NCBI GenBank assembly: GCA_963843145.1
Contig: CAWJJC010000027.1
Location: 224,001 to 288,000, forward strand
DNA length: 64,000 nucleotides
Direction: 5' to 3'
Source: an uncultured delta proteobacterium
GTDB taxonomy: Bacteria; Desulfobacterota; RBG-13-43-22
Shown here: positions 25,255 to 34,865 of the stretch, piece by piece
Numbering within the stretch: the first letter of the stretch is position 1
Layout of the letters: the number at the start of each line of letters is the position of its first letter
Translations under genes and position numbers: made by a program
Notes under the pieces: generated by a model
What the model was told of the DNA's origin: nothing
What the model saw: the letters and a program-made list of their open reading frames with translations, nothing else
Database searches by the model: none

Positions 25255-25465
25255 TAGGTGGTTTCGCGAAAAACGAATTGGTCATCGAGACTCCCTTAGT
25301 CGTCATCGTGAAACTAAGGATCTTAATACCTATTGATAAGCCGATATTTTTCATGGGGTTTTCCCTGAGCTAAAGACCAGATCCTTCGTTTCACTCAGGA
25401 TGACAGGCTGGCGAAGGGCTCAGAATGTCAAGCGCACTCCGACGGACTTTTTGCGAACCTATCAA
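25255..25465. mobile_element. Second MITE-like element (same end family as 5246-5404)
   Basis: Left taggtggtttcgcgaaaaacg, right gactttttgcgaacctatcaa; internal atccttcg..actcaggatgaca palindromic repeat. Confidence 0.5.
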
Positions 25466-25484
25466 TCATAAGACAGTCAAAAAC

Positions 25485-27894
25485 ATTGAAAGTTCCCAAA
25501 CACCTTCCCCCAATATTATTTTACAGTTTCAGCGCCATAGCGATTTTGATCGCGGCGGCATGTTTTTACCTGGCTTTACCTGGATAGGTAAGCCCTTCTC
25601 AGGGGTATTGGTTTACAAGTTCCCCCATGTCGGTTCTTTCAATTGCCGGGACTGGTATTGTGTCCCAGCAGATCTTAAATTCATGGACACGGTCAAGACC
25701 GTGGACGGTAAAAAAGTCCGCACCGGCCGGGATGTGGTAAAGCTGGCCGAGACCAAAAATGTGGGCACGCCCATCCTTTTTTACATTAATTCCAAAGGGG
25801 TGTCCCGGAGCACAACCCTTTAGGTACAATTGTTTTCCTTGGGGGATTTCCTGTTGATCTTCATCGTCCCCCTCATCGGCGGGCTGATCTTTTATACACT
25901 CGGCTTTGTGGTCTATCTCCTCAAACCCAATACCCGCACCAGTTGGGTATTTTTCTTTTCCAGCACTATCATTGGTTTTTACACCGTCAGCGGGTTCGAG
26001 ATCCAATCCACCTACTTTTTCGTCAACCTGCACTATTTCATCATCCCCTTCATGCCGGCCTCCCTTTTTCATATCGGCACCATCTTTCCTGAGAAGAAAC
26101 AACTCCTGGTCCGCTATCCCTGGCTGGAATATGTGATCTATGCTCCGGCTCTGTTTTTGGCCATCGGATACCAACTATACCTGTTCACCTTTTCCTGGGA
26201 CAACCCGCCGGCCTGGATCCCTCATATTTCCCAGATAACCAATGTCAACCGAACTTTTACCCTTTCATGCGTGGCCGGTTTGGCCATACTGATTATCCAT
26301 TCCCTGTTTAAGGCGTCGACCGTCATCGCCCGCCAGCGGGCCCGCCTGATTTTAATCGGAATAACCATCGCCTTTCTGGCCCCGGCACTGATCATGCTGG
26401 CCGTCAATTTCTTCAAGATCGATTTCCCCTGGAACTTCCTGGTATTTTTCACTACTTTTTTCCCAGCCTCCATCGCCTATTCCATCATTCGCCACAATCT
26501 ATTTGATGCCGACGCCCTGATCAAACGCACCCTGGGCTACGCCATCATGACCATCATCCTGGTCGGAACCTACGCCTTGATAAGTTTGGGGCTCAATTTC
26601 TTTCTGGGACAATACCAGATCGCCCAATCTCAGGCCTTTCCCGTATTGTTCACCCTGGTCTTTATCCTGATCTTCAACCCCCTACGCGAACAGTATTCAG
26701 GATCTGGTTGACCGGCTCTTTTTCCGCAAGGAGTACGACGCCAAGCAGATCATCGATCGCCTGGGCTCGGCCATGACCTCGCTGATGGACCTGCCGCAGA
26801 TCCTGCGGCAGTTGGTGACTACTTTTTCCCAGGACATGTTTATCGATAACAGCGCCGTATTACTATTGGATAATTCCGGAACTGCTTACCAGGTCCGTCT
26901 TTCCGAAGGGGATAAACGTTTTCGGATGGAAGGGATTAGTTTTCAAAAAGATGAAGCTCTGCCCCAGATCATCGAAAAAGAAAAAAAGGAAATCACCAAA
27001 TACGACGTCCTGGAAGACCCGAAATATAAAGACATCTGCCTGGACTGTGCCCAGAATTTCTCCACCCTCTATGCCAGCCTGATCATCCCCATGGTCCTGC
27101 GGGGAGAGGTCATCGGATTTCTAAGTCTGGGCGACAAGAAATCAGGAAAATTCTACAACCGGGAGGATATCGACCTGCTGCGGACCCTGGCCGGTCAGGG
27201 GGCCGTGGCCATCGAGAATGCCCGGATGGCGGAGCAGATGAAGAACGAGGAGGCGGTCCGGGCCAACCTGGCCCGCTACCTGTCCCCCCAGATCGTGGAC
27301 CAGATCATCAAGAACGACGTCCAGGTCAACCTGGGCGGTGACCGCAAGGAGGTTACCGTCCTGTTCAGCGATATCCGGAACTTTACCTCCATCAGCGAGT
27401 CCATGAATCCGGACGAACTGGTGAGTTTTCTCAATGAATACTTCACCGAGATGGCCCGAATCATTTTCGAAAATCAGGGGTCGCTCGACAAGTACATCGG
27501 CGACGCCATCGTGGCCGTCTTCGGCAGCCTTATCCCCCTGGAAAACTCGGCCGAGGCCGCGGTCAAGGCTTCGATCGAGATGATGCGGGAAATGGTCCGT
27601 CTGAACGAAAAATGGAAAAACCAGTACGGATTTAATATGGAGATGGGCATCGGGGTCAACACCGGGGAGGTCTTCCTGGGCAACATCGGCTCCCCAGATC
27701 GGATGGAGTTTACCGTCATCGGGGACACAGTCAACACCGCCTCCCGCTTTTCCGGCTTGGCCAGAGGGCGGCAGATTCTGGCTACCCGACCGGCTTGGGA
27801 ACGGTTGGGTTCGGAATTTGAGGTATCCCAACTTCCCTCCACGCGGGTTAAAGGGAAAGCCGAAGAAGTGGAAGTTTTTGAAGTGATCTATTGA
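25485..27894 (+). CDS. Membrane-anchored class III adenylate cyclase (multi-TM + GAF + cyclase), frameshifted
   Basis: Multi-TM ORF 25830-26711, GAF '..KKSGKFYNREDIDLL..AVAIEN', cyclase motifs 'VLFSDIRNFT', 'DKYIGDA' (Lys indicates ATP specificity), 'GIGVNTG', 'VIGDTVNTASR'. Start position approximate. Confidence 0.85.
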
Positions 27895-28631
27895 AAATTA
27901 CACATCAGGTTAAGGAGGATCTAAATGCGGCAACCGTTAATGATGCCGCCCCTTCACCCGCGGCCGTTACCCGCCCTATCCCATCCGAATGGACGTCCTT
28001 AAACACGCTGGTATACTTTTTAACCAAATCCTTCTGCCGTCTAGTTTTCAAATTCCTTTATCAAATCAGGGTGGAAATGGAAAAGGATTTGAAAGAACTT
28101 CAGTCTTCTTCGGTAGTTATACTTCCTAAACATCAAGATTGGACTGATATCCCTTTGTTGATGCTATCGTTCCCTTTCCCTGTTCAATTCGTTGCCAAAC
28201 ACGAACTTTTTCAAAATGGAACCATGAGAGCTTATCTTTCAGCAGGAGGCACCATACCGTTGGACCGCACCCATCCGACCCGGACGCTCAATGGCCTTAA
28301 ATACCTTTTTGCCCGGTTAAAAACAAATGGCAAAATTGTCCTGTTCCCTGAAGGCACCTATTTTAAAGATTTCGTCGGACCGGGAAAGACTCGCTTGATT
28401 CAAATGGTTTTAACCTTTCAATCGGGAGCAAGAATCCCAATCCTTTTTTTGCCCGTCGGGATACGATATGAAGGGAAAGGTGTTCTGGAGAAAGAAACTA
28501 ACTATTCGGACGGGCTCACCGCTATTAGCACGGGAAAGATCAGAAGCGCCGGATCTGACTCGTCGGGCAATGCAGGAGATGAGCCGTTTAAGCCAATTAC
28601 CTCAGGGTTGAAAATTTCCTCCAAGGCTTAG
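27891..28631 (+). CDS. PlsC-like lysophospholipid acyltransferase (ends probably frameshifted)
   Basis: HxxxxD (KHQDWTD), 'FVAKHELF', 'LDR', 'LFPEGT'. Confidence 0.85.
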   Translation: MKITHQVKEDLNAATVNDAAPSPAAVTRPIPSEWTSLNTLVYFLTKSFCRLVFKFLYQIRVEMEKDLKELQSSSVVILPKHQDWTDIPLLMLSFPFPVQFVAKHELFQNGTMRAYLSAGGTIPLDRTHPTRTLNGLKYLFARLKTNGKIVLFPEGTYFKDFVGPGKTRLIQMVLTFQSGARIPILFLPVGIRYEGKGVLEKETNYSDGLTAISTGKIRSAGSDSSGNAGDEPFKPITSGLKISSKA

Positions 28632-28701
28632 AATAGGACCCTCTAGAGGTGATCATTTATCGTTTTGCCCGGGACCGTATGGGTGCGCAATTCGAAGTCC
28701 A

Positions 28702-29625
28702 AGTTATTGTCAAATGTTGTGTATGGGCTTAGGCGGCGATCCGTTGTTCAACAATCCCATCCACAAATTTTACCCCTTTAATAATTTCTCCGAGGCGCTC
28801 CGGGTGGTATAACCGAATCCACCTTTTCTGAGCACAACGGCATAACTGGAAGGCCATCGTTACGACCGTCAAGGCCGAGAAGCAGTTCCTGGCTTTTACC
28901 GTTCTCAATCGGACTGTGGCAAAGGTCGATTCGATCGGATTGCTGGTCCGAATGTGCCTCCAATGCTCCGCCGGAAAATCATAAAAAGTTAACAAGGCTT
29001 CCCGGTCCTTTTCCAGGCAGGCCACGGCTTGGGGGTATTTGGCTTCATAGGTCTGGATAAAGGCATCAAAGTTTTTAACGGCTTCGGCCTTGTTTGGGGC
29101 CATCCAGATCTGCTGCAATTTGGCCTTAGCCTTCGCCTGCAGGCCCTTGGGCAGCTTGTTGAGCACGTTGGCGGTCTTATGGACCCAACAGCGCTGCCAG
29201 CGGGTAGTATCGTAAGCCTTGGCCAGGGCCTTCCAAAAGCCCAAGGCACCGTCGCCGATGCCTAACATCGGGGGAGTCTTCAGTCCCCGGCGTTTCAAAT
29301 CCAGCAGCACCTCCAGCCAGGATTGCTCGCTTTCCCGAATGCCCCCTTCGAGGGCCACCAGTTCCTTATGGCCGTCTTCTGTGGCCCCGATGATGACCAG
29401 CAGGCATTGCCGGTCATCCATGCGCACATTGCAATAAATGCCGTCAGCCCAGAAGTAGACGTAGCGTTTCTTGGACAGGTCCCGCTGTTGCCACTGCCGA
29501 TAATCATCCTGCCAAACGGTCTTTAAACGGCTGATGGTGGCCGGCGAAAGACCGGGAGCATCTTTGCCCAACAGAGCAGCCAGCGGTTCGGTAAAGTCAC
29601 CCGTTGAAATCCCTTTTAAATACAA
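28702..29625 (-). mobile_element. IS256-family element, 5'-truncated transposase with right end retained
   Basis: Starts abruptly at 'LYLKGISTGDF'; 'YFWADGI', 'IGDGALGFW', 'QRCWVHK', 'RTSNPIES'; terminal ccatacacaacatttgacaataact after the stop. Confidence 0.9.
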
Positions 29626-29665
29626 CTTTTAATCTGAACCGGTTTTGAAGCTGGATTCCAAAAAG

Positions 29666-29790
29666 TTAAGCCTCGCCCCCCGTTCCAGCTCCCATCGCCT
29701 TGTTCTCTAGCCAATCGATCTCGATCATCCCCTTTAGCCTTTCAAATTCGGGATCCCCGGTAACGACCTGGGCCTTTTCTAAAGCAATTA
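29666..29790 (-). pseudogene. 3' fragment of a VapC/PIN toxin
   Basis: Own translation: ..ALEKAQVVTGDPEFERLKGMIEIDWL..; no 5' part, breaks at tagtgccccaggaact (29791). Confidence 0.7.
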
Positions 29791-30323
29791 TAGTGCCCCA
29801 GGAACTATTGAAAAATAAGATTAAATGGGCTATAACTTAATGTCTAAGTTCATAAGTCTTTAGAATAGGATCATAAATCCAGTGCAGTGGAGTTGTCCTT
29901 GGGGACATTCTTGAATTAGTTGACTTACCATGATTTATTTTTAGCCGCAGATTCACGCAGACTAAGGGAGAGGACCAGGGGATCTCACCGCAAAGAAGCT
30001 AAGGGCGCGAAGAAAGGCAAGAGACATTTCACCGCAGAGTCGCGGGGGGCAGAAATAGAAGAGGGAAGATAGAAGCAAGAGAAAACATGGCCGGCCTCCG
30101 GCGGTGGTCCCTCGGCGTAGAACAAACTTCCCATTCAGAGGGTCTTCCAGAATGCCTTTATCAGGAATTTATCATCCCCTGAGAAAAGCCTGGATTCCCG
30201 CTCAAAAGCGCTGCGGGAATGACGGTCTATGAATGGGAAAGGGATAACCCGCAGGGACTCCGCGGGAAGGCGTCACCGCCCTGCGAAACGCGGGGTTGTG
30301 TTGCACCTATCTGGCGGGATGCA

Positions 30324-30605
30324 TTATTTCTGGGGAACCGGCGTCCGCTCCGCCCCGGACCTCTGGTCCGGCCCCTTTTTCCTGACCAGCGCCACCAGCG
30401 CTTTCGTGGAGATAGCCGCCCGGATAGAGGGAACATCCAGCGGCGATTGCTGGTTCTTCTCTGGAGTCAAGGCAAAAGTTCTCCCATCCTTTCGGCGAAT
30501 AAGTACCTTACCGGTGGATTCCGCCCGGTCCAGGACACGGGCCAGTTTTTACCTGGCTTCCGAATAGGTTTTGGTTTCGCCGGCAATAGAGAGGGCTTTC
30601 TTCAT
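30324..30605 (-). pseudogene. Phd/YefM antitoxin with in-frame stop
   Basis: MKKALSIAGETKTYSEAR*KLARVLDRAESTGKVLIRRKDGRTFAL..SPLDVPSI; TAA at 30549-30551. Confidence 0.75.
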
Positions 30606-30816
30606 ATCGATTTTAACCAGCCTCAGGGGTATGGTTTCAACTATCTTTAGACCTTCCTGCAATTAAGGGGACACCTTACTTAATAAAAAAAATATACAGT
30701 GTCCCCCCTATGAAAGAATGACGTGAAATCGTTTGACTTTTTATTCAATTAAAGTCTATCCTCCCCTGTTAAAAAGAGAATCTCGAGAAAACCTTGATCA
30801 CCCTTAAGAGGATTTT

Positions 30817-31737
30817 TTGATGGCATCCGAAATCAAAATCGAAGACCTGGTTCCCATGAATGATACTCAAAAGGTTATCGAGGAAGTCCAAAAGATTGTC
30901 TTTATGATGTACCCAGGATTTGATTTTGATCCGGTGCACAAAGTGTTCAACGATGTCCTGAAGTTTTTTCGGGGTGATTATCCGGGCTATCGCCGGTGCA
31001 CTCTTCAGTTCCACGACCTGAAGCATACCATGGACTGTTTGATGGCCATGGCCAGGCTAATTCACGGCGCCTTCGTCGAGGAATTCATATTTCCGGAGCA
31101 AGATGTATTTCTGGGACTCGCAGCCGCCCTTATGCACGACACCGGATATATTCAAACCACCGACGACAAGTCTGGAACCGGTGCCCAGTACACCCTAACC
31201 CATGTTTCGCGCAGCATTGAATTCTGCAATAAATACTTCTCTGAAAATAAATTTTCGCTTTACGATTCCAGGGTTTGCCACAATTGCTTAAAATGTACCG
31301 GCCTGGATATGAAAACCAAGGACATTCTTTTTGATTCTCATGAACACGAAATGTTAGCCAAGATGGTGGGAACATCTGACTTGCTCGGACAAATGGCAGA
31401 TCGAACCTACCTCTCGAAGATCACATTCCTATTCAAGGAATTCAAAGAGGGCGGGGTCCCTGGCTTTAGAGATGAATTCGAACTACTCCAGAAAACTCCT
31501 GGTTTTTGGGAATTCACCCTTCACAGGTTTGCCACCGAGATGAGCGGTACGGATCATTTCATGCGCAACCATTTCAGAGTCCGCTGGGGTATTGACCGTG
31601 ACTTATATAAAGAGGCCATTGAAGGCAACATCAAGTACCTCAAATTTCATTTGGAACATCATCCGACCGATTACAGAAGATATCTGAGACGCGGTGGCTT
31701 GCTGAGAAAACTTGACGAATTTGAAAAGCAATCCTGA
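30817..31737 (+). CDS. HD-domain metal-dependent phosphohydrolase
   Basis: 'FHDLKHT', 'MHDTGY', 'THVSRS', 'SDLLGQMADR' metal ligands. Confidence 0.85.
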   Translation: MMASEIKIEDLVPMNDTQKVIEEVQKIVFMMYPGFDFDPVHKVFNDVLKFFRGDYPGYRRCTLQFHDLKHTMDCLMAMARLIHGAFVEEFIFPEQDVFLGLAAALMHDTGYIQTTDDKSGTGAQYTLTHVSRSIEFCNKYFSENKFSLYDSRVCHNCLKCTGLDMKTKDILFDSHEHEMLAKMVGTSDLLGQMADRTYLSKITFLFKEFKEGGVPGFRDEFELLQKTPGFWEFTLHRFATEMSGTDHFMRNHFRVRWGIDRDLYKEAIEGNIKYLKFHLEHHPTDYRRYLRRGGLLRKLDEFEKQS

Positions 31738-32209
31738 AGGGGAGGAATTTCAAGGTAGATCAAACTAGCAGTTGGCCTGCCTTTTTCAGCGTTTAGGTGG
31801 CTAAAAAAGGTCCTAAAAGCTGATCCCTGCCTCCCTGGCCTTCAAGCAGGCCCTGACGATTTTTTGCATCTCGGAAACGGCCCAGAAGGCCTCCTTGAGC
31901 AATTGTTTGAACCGAGTCGACAGAGGTAAGTTGGGGACATCTTGAATTAGTTGACTTATGAAAGAGAGAGGTTGGCTTCGGAGCCAACCTGTTTTCAAGG
32001 TTCCCATAGAAAAGCCTGGATTCCCGCCCAGAAGCGTGGCGGGAATGACGTTCTATGAATGGGAAAAAATAGCCCGCGCAGATTCCGCGGGAAGGCTTCC
32101 CAGTCCGGGAAACGCGTGGCTGAGCTACATTATTCAGTAAGGGATGGGGGGGAGGTGGATTCAGGCTAACGGCTAAAGACCTTTTCAACCGTAATGAGGG
32201 TCGGTTAAC

Positions 32210-32443
32210 TTAAGATAAAGCAATTACCGGAACCGAAATAATTTCCTGGGGGACCAGCCTGTCTTCCTCTCGCATCATTTCTCCAATTTTTTCAGCCCAT
32301 TTGCCCGGGATATATTGTTCGCCACACTGGCGGCATTGGCTGAGCGGAAACCCTCTAAAAATAATCAAAGTTCCATCTTTCTTCGTCATTCTTACGGAAC
32401 CAATTGTTTGGATGACTTCGCCACCGCATTCAAAACACTTCAT
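32210..32443 (-). CDS. YgiT-type zinc-finger protein (MqsA-like antitoxin domain)
   Basis: MKCFECGG...CRQCGEQY. Confidence 0.85.
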   Translation of the reverse strand: MKCFECGGEVIQTIGSVRMTKKDGTLIIFRGFPLSQCRQCGEQYIPGKWAEKIGEMMREEDRLVPQEIISVPVIALS

Positions 32444-32586
32444 TTACCACCCTCCTCGTTTCCGGATTAACCCATTCTGCCGGGTCCGGTTCATATACCG
32501 TTATTATCCACATGAAGCTTTAATTGATAATTCGCCTTTTCTACCTGCTCTTTGATCCAATATAGATCACCATCAGATGGTTGCAT
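32430..32586 (-). pseudogene. DUF4258-like toxin with internal deletion
   Basis: N-terminus MQPSDGDLYWIKEQVEKANYQLKLH is joined out of frame to C-terminus WIITVYEPDPAEWVNPETRR; usual partner of the YgiT finger. Confidence 0.7.
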
Positions 32587-32660
32587 GGATTCCTGGCTAC
32601 CCCGAAAGCACATTAAACCGATTATTCTCTAGTAAAACAAAAATAACAAGTTTGCCAAGC

Positions 32661-32782
32661 ATTATCGGGGAAAGGTCAAAACCGCCTCCCGCTTTTCCGG
32701 CTTGGTCAAAGGCCGGCAGCACCCCTCCACCAGGGTCAAAGGCAAGGCCGAGGAGGTGGAGGTCTTCGAGGTGGTGTATTAG
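32661..32782 (+). pseudogene. Degenerate second copy of the adenylate cyclase 3' end
   Basis: ..TASRFSGLVKGRQ/PSTRVKGKAEEVEVFEVVY* matches 27715-27894; shares accgcctcccgcttttccggcttgg. Confidence 0.85.
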
Positions 32783-33001
32783 ATCCTGGGAGTAACCTGT
32801 AACAGTTTAGTCCCTATTTTATCCGGTGGCGTTGGAGTATTGGCAAAGGTGTCAGGCCTTGCCATTTGACAGCGGAAAGCTGGCAATAATTGCACAAATT
32901 TGGTTTGTTCGGCAATAGAGCGGTGAGGAAACGAATCAAAATCGTCCGGTATTGAAATCGCCTCGTTTAAAAGTGCCGGCCTGGGCTTGAACAATCAAGA
33001 C

Positions 33002-33312
33002 TCACCGTGGCGGTAGTTCCAGATGAATCCGGATGGCCTCCTCCAGGGCTTTGATTGCCCCGGGATCCAGTCGACCAATCATTTTGAACAGGCGGGCCTT
33101 GTCCAGGGTGCGGATTTGGTCGGCTTTCGCCTTGGAATCTTTGGTCAGACTCCCTTTTCCTTTGGGGAGCAATACTTCAAAAGGAAAACTTCTCTCCAGG
33201 TTTCGGGGAGTGATAGGCAGGATGGTTACTGTGTCGGAAAAACGATTATTGAGGTCGTTGGAAACCACCACCACCCGCCGGGTCTTGGCGATTTCCTTTC
33301 CCTTGACCGGAT
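33002..33312 (-). pseudogene. PemK/MazF-family toxin lacking its native N-terminus
   Basis: 'DPVKGKEIAKTRRVVVVSND..TVTILPIT..DSKAKADQIRTLDKARL'; the usual MKRG.I start is replaced by a repeat motif. Confidence 0.8.
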
Positions 33313-33330
33313 CGCGGGAAGGCTTACCGG

Positions 33331-33820
33331 TCACGCGAATCGCGGGATTGGCCACATAACGGAAAGGGAAAAACGCCCGGGGTCTTTAAGGACTGCGGCG
33401 ATGAAGGATAGAAAGGTATAGAAGTCTTCAAGATCTTCCTGGATAATCCTGAAAAGCTCGTCCGAATCTATATTGCCATAGAAATGAACCATCCGATTGC
33501 GGTAACCGGCCATTTTGATCATTTTTTCCCTGGCAAATTGGGAAGGGATAATCCGGTTTTTTTCCAATAGCCTGGGTATGTCCTTATAACTGGAAGGACG
33601 TCCTCCCGGGATTCGAGACAATAGGTGGGAGCCCGATATCCATCACCGCCTCCAGGGCCCGGTGCAGATCATAAAAAGCGATGCGGAAGTTATCGGGATT
33701 GGATAGAAAAGTTTCAATGGATGTTCCCTGAAATCGCCCCAGACTCCTGAGGGATTCCTCAATATAGCCGATTCGCGCCTCCAGCAACTCGCGATTCAAA
33801 GGAATGTCAGGCGGGGGCAT
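33331..33820 (-). CDS. HEPN (HepT/DUF86) RNase toxin, one frameshift near 33620
   Basis: 'ALEAVMDIG' then 'MAGYRNRMVHFYGNID' (RxxxxH). Confidence 0.85.
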
Positions 33821-34205
33821 ATTTTTCCAAAGTTACCCGGCTAAATTCATCCAAGACGTAACGGAAATCAAGATAGCGATTAATTACCTGGTGGATATAA
33901 TCCGCCGTCAAAACCGGATCTTCTTCAAACAATATTTTTCCCTCGGCAACGGCGGCATATTGGATGGGCAGGGGGGCGTTCTGCAGCGTCACGATATCCA
34001 ACCGGGAACCGGGGAAGAGGTCCGAAAACAGGTCGTAAAAACGATGATAAAGCAATGTGTTCTCGGCCTCTGTCGGATGGACTTTCATCAGCACCCCGAT
34101 ATCCGTATCACTGAGCGCAGAGGCGTTGTCGGATCCCCGCGATCCGAATAGAAATACGGTGGCCACCTCCAGCTTCTTTAATTGGTTCCGGTACTGCTTT
34201 TTCAT
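33807..34205 (-). CDS. MNT (MntA-like) nucleotidyltransferase antitoxin
   Basis: 'FLFGSR..SDTDIGVL', 'LDIVTLQNAP', 'EGKILFE'; overlaps the HEPN gene. Confidence 0.9.
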   Translation of the reverse strand: MKKQYRNQLKKLEVATVFLFGSRGSDNASALSDTDIGVLMKVHPTEAENTLLYHRFYDLFSDLFPGSRLDIVTLQNAPLPIQYAAVAEGKILFEEDPVLTADYIHQVINRYLDFRYVLDEFSRVTLEKYAPA

Positions 34206-34312
34206 GTAGCGATTTTATTTTAAGTGGCGCAAATTGTCAATATGGCAAAGGTGTCAGGCCTTGCCATTTGACAGGAGTAACTCCTCAAAAAGTCCGGGGT
34301 CCGTATTCGCTT

Positions 34313-34819
34313 TTATTTTACATTTTTCAGGCGGTCGTTGAAGTCCTTCCAGAACTGCCCCTCCTTGTTTTGCCAGTCGGGGCCGAAACGGGCATTGAAG
34401 AAATTCCCCAGTTTTTCGAAGAGCCGTTTCCAGCCGGGCAATTGTTCATAGCGGAGGATATCCTCTAGAAAAGGGACAATCTCCCCCATTTTTTCTTTGG
34501 GCAGGTAAGCCCGGGCACCCAATTCAATGGACTGCTGTATCGCTTCCGGGGTCAAGGCATGGGCGGTCAGCATAGCCACCGGGAAATTTCGCACCCGGGC
34601 CAGGGAAAGGAGATCAAACCCTCGCACCCCCATGATATCCAACACCACCAGGTCGTAGGTCCAGGAGATCATGAGTTCCTTGGCCAGCTCGTAGGTGCCG
34701 GCCTCGTCGATCTGGCAGTCCGGACAGGCTTCCTGGATTTCCTCCCGCAGCAGGTCCAACACATCCGGTTCATCATCGACAATCAGCAGGCGCAAATTTT
34801 TCAACAGCGATTCTTTCAT
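34313..34819 (-). CDS. Single-domain response regulator with C-terminal extension
   Basis: 'IVDDEPD', 'VLDIMG', 'MLTAH', 'YLPK'. Confidence 0.9.
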   Translation of the reverse strand: MKESLLKNLRLLIVDDEPDVLDLLREEIQEACPDCQIDEAGTYELAKELMISWTYDLVVLDIMGVRGFDLLSLARVRNFPVAMLTAHALTPEAIQQSIELGARAYLPKEKMGEIVPFLEDILRYEQLPGWKRLFEKLGNFFNARFGPDWQNKEGQFWKDFNDRLKNVK

Positions 34820-34865
34820 GGTCTCTCCTCTTTCGATACTTTTTCAGGTAATCTTTAAGGACGGC

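Larger units (their letters stand above)
29899..31958. repeat. Direct repeat pair A (29899-29927 / 31931-31958)
   Basis: ttggggacat(t)cttgaattagttgactta occurs twice. Each copy is followed by a copy of a ~115-bp REP-containing repeat (30182-30298 / 32008-32122). Confidence 0.9.
32841..34274. repeat. Perfect 32-bp direct repeat pair B (32841-32872 / 34243-34274)
   Basis: tggcaaaggtgtcaggccttgccatttgacag occurs twice; internally palindromic. Confidence 0.95.

Noticed and set aside
28629-29870. ttagaatagga repeated at both sides of the IS256 region as target duplication
   Set aside because: Copies do not abut the IS ends and the IS left end is deleted; an 11-bp AT-rich match may be chance.
26773-31737. 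Pycsar/CBASS call for the membrane cyclase plus HD gene
   Set aside because: The cyclase has canonical adenylate-cyclase residues with TM/GAF sensors, typical of signalling enzymes; no cognate defence effector is adjacent.
32875-33000. Possible attC or cassette start at gttcggc
   Set aside because: No complementary AAC box or hairpin found and no intact ORF follows.
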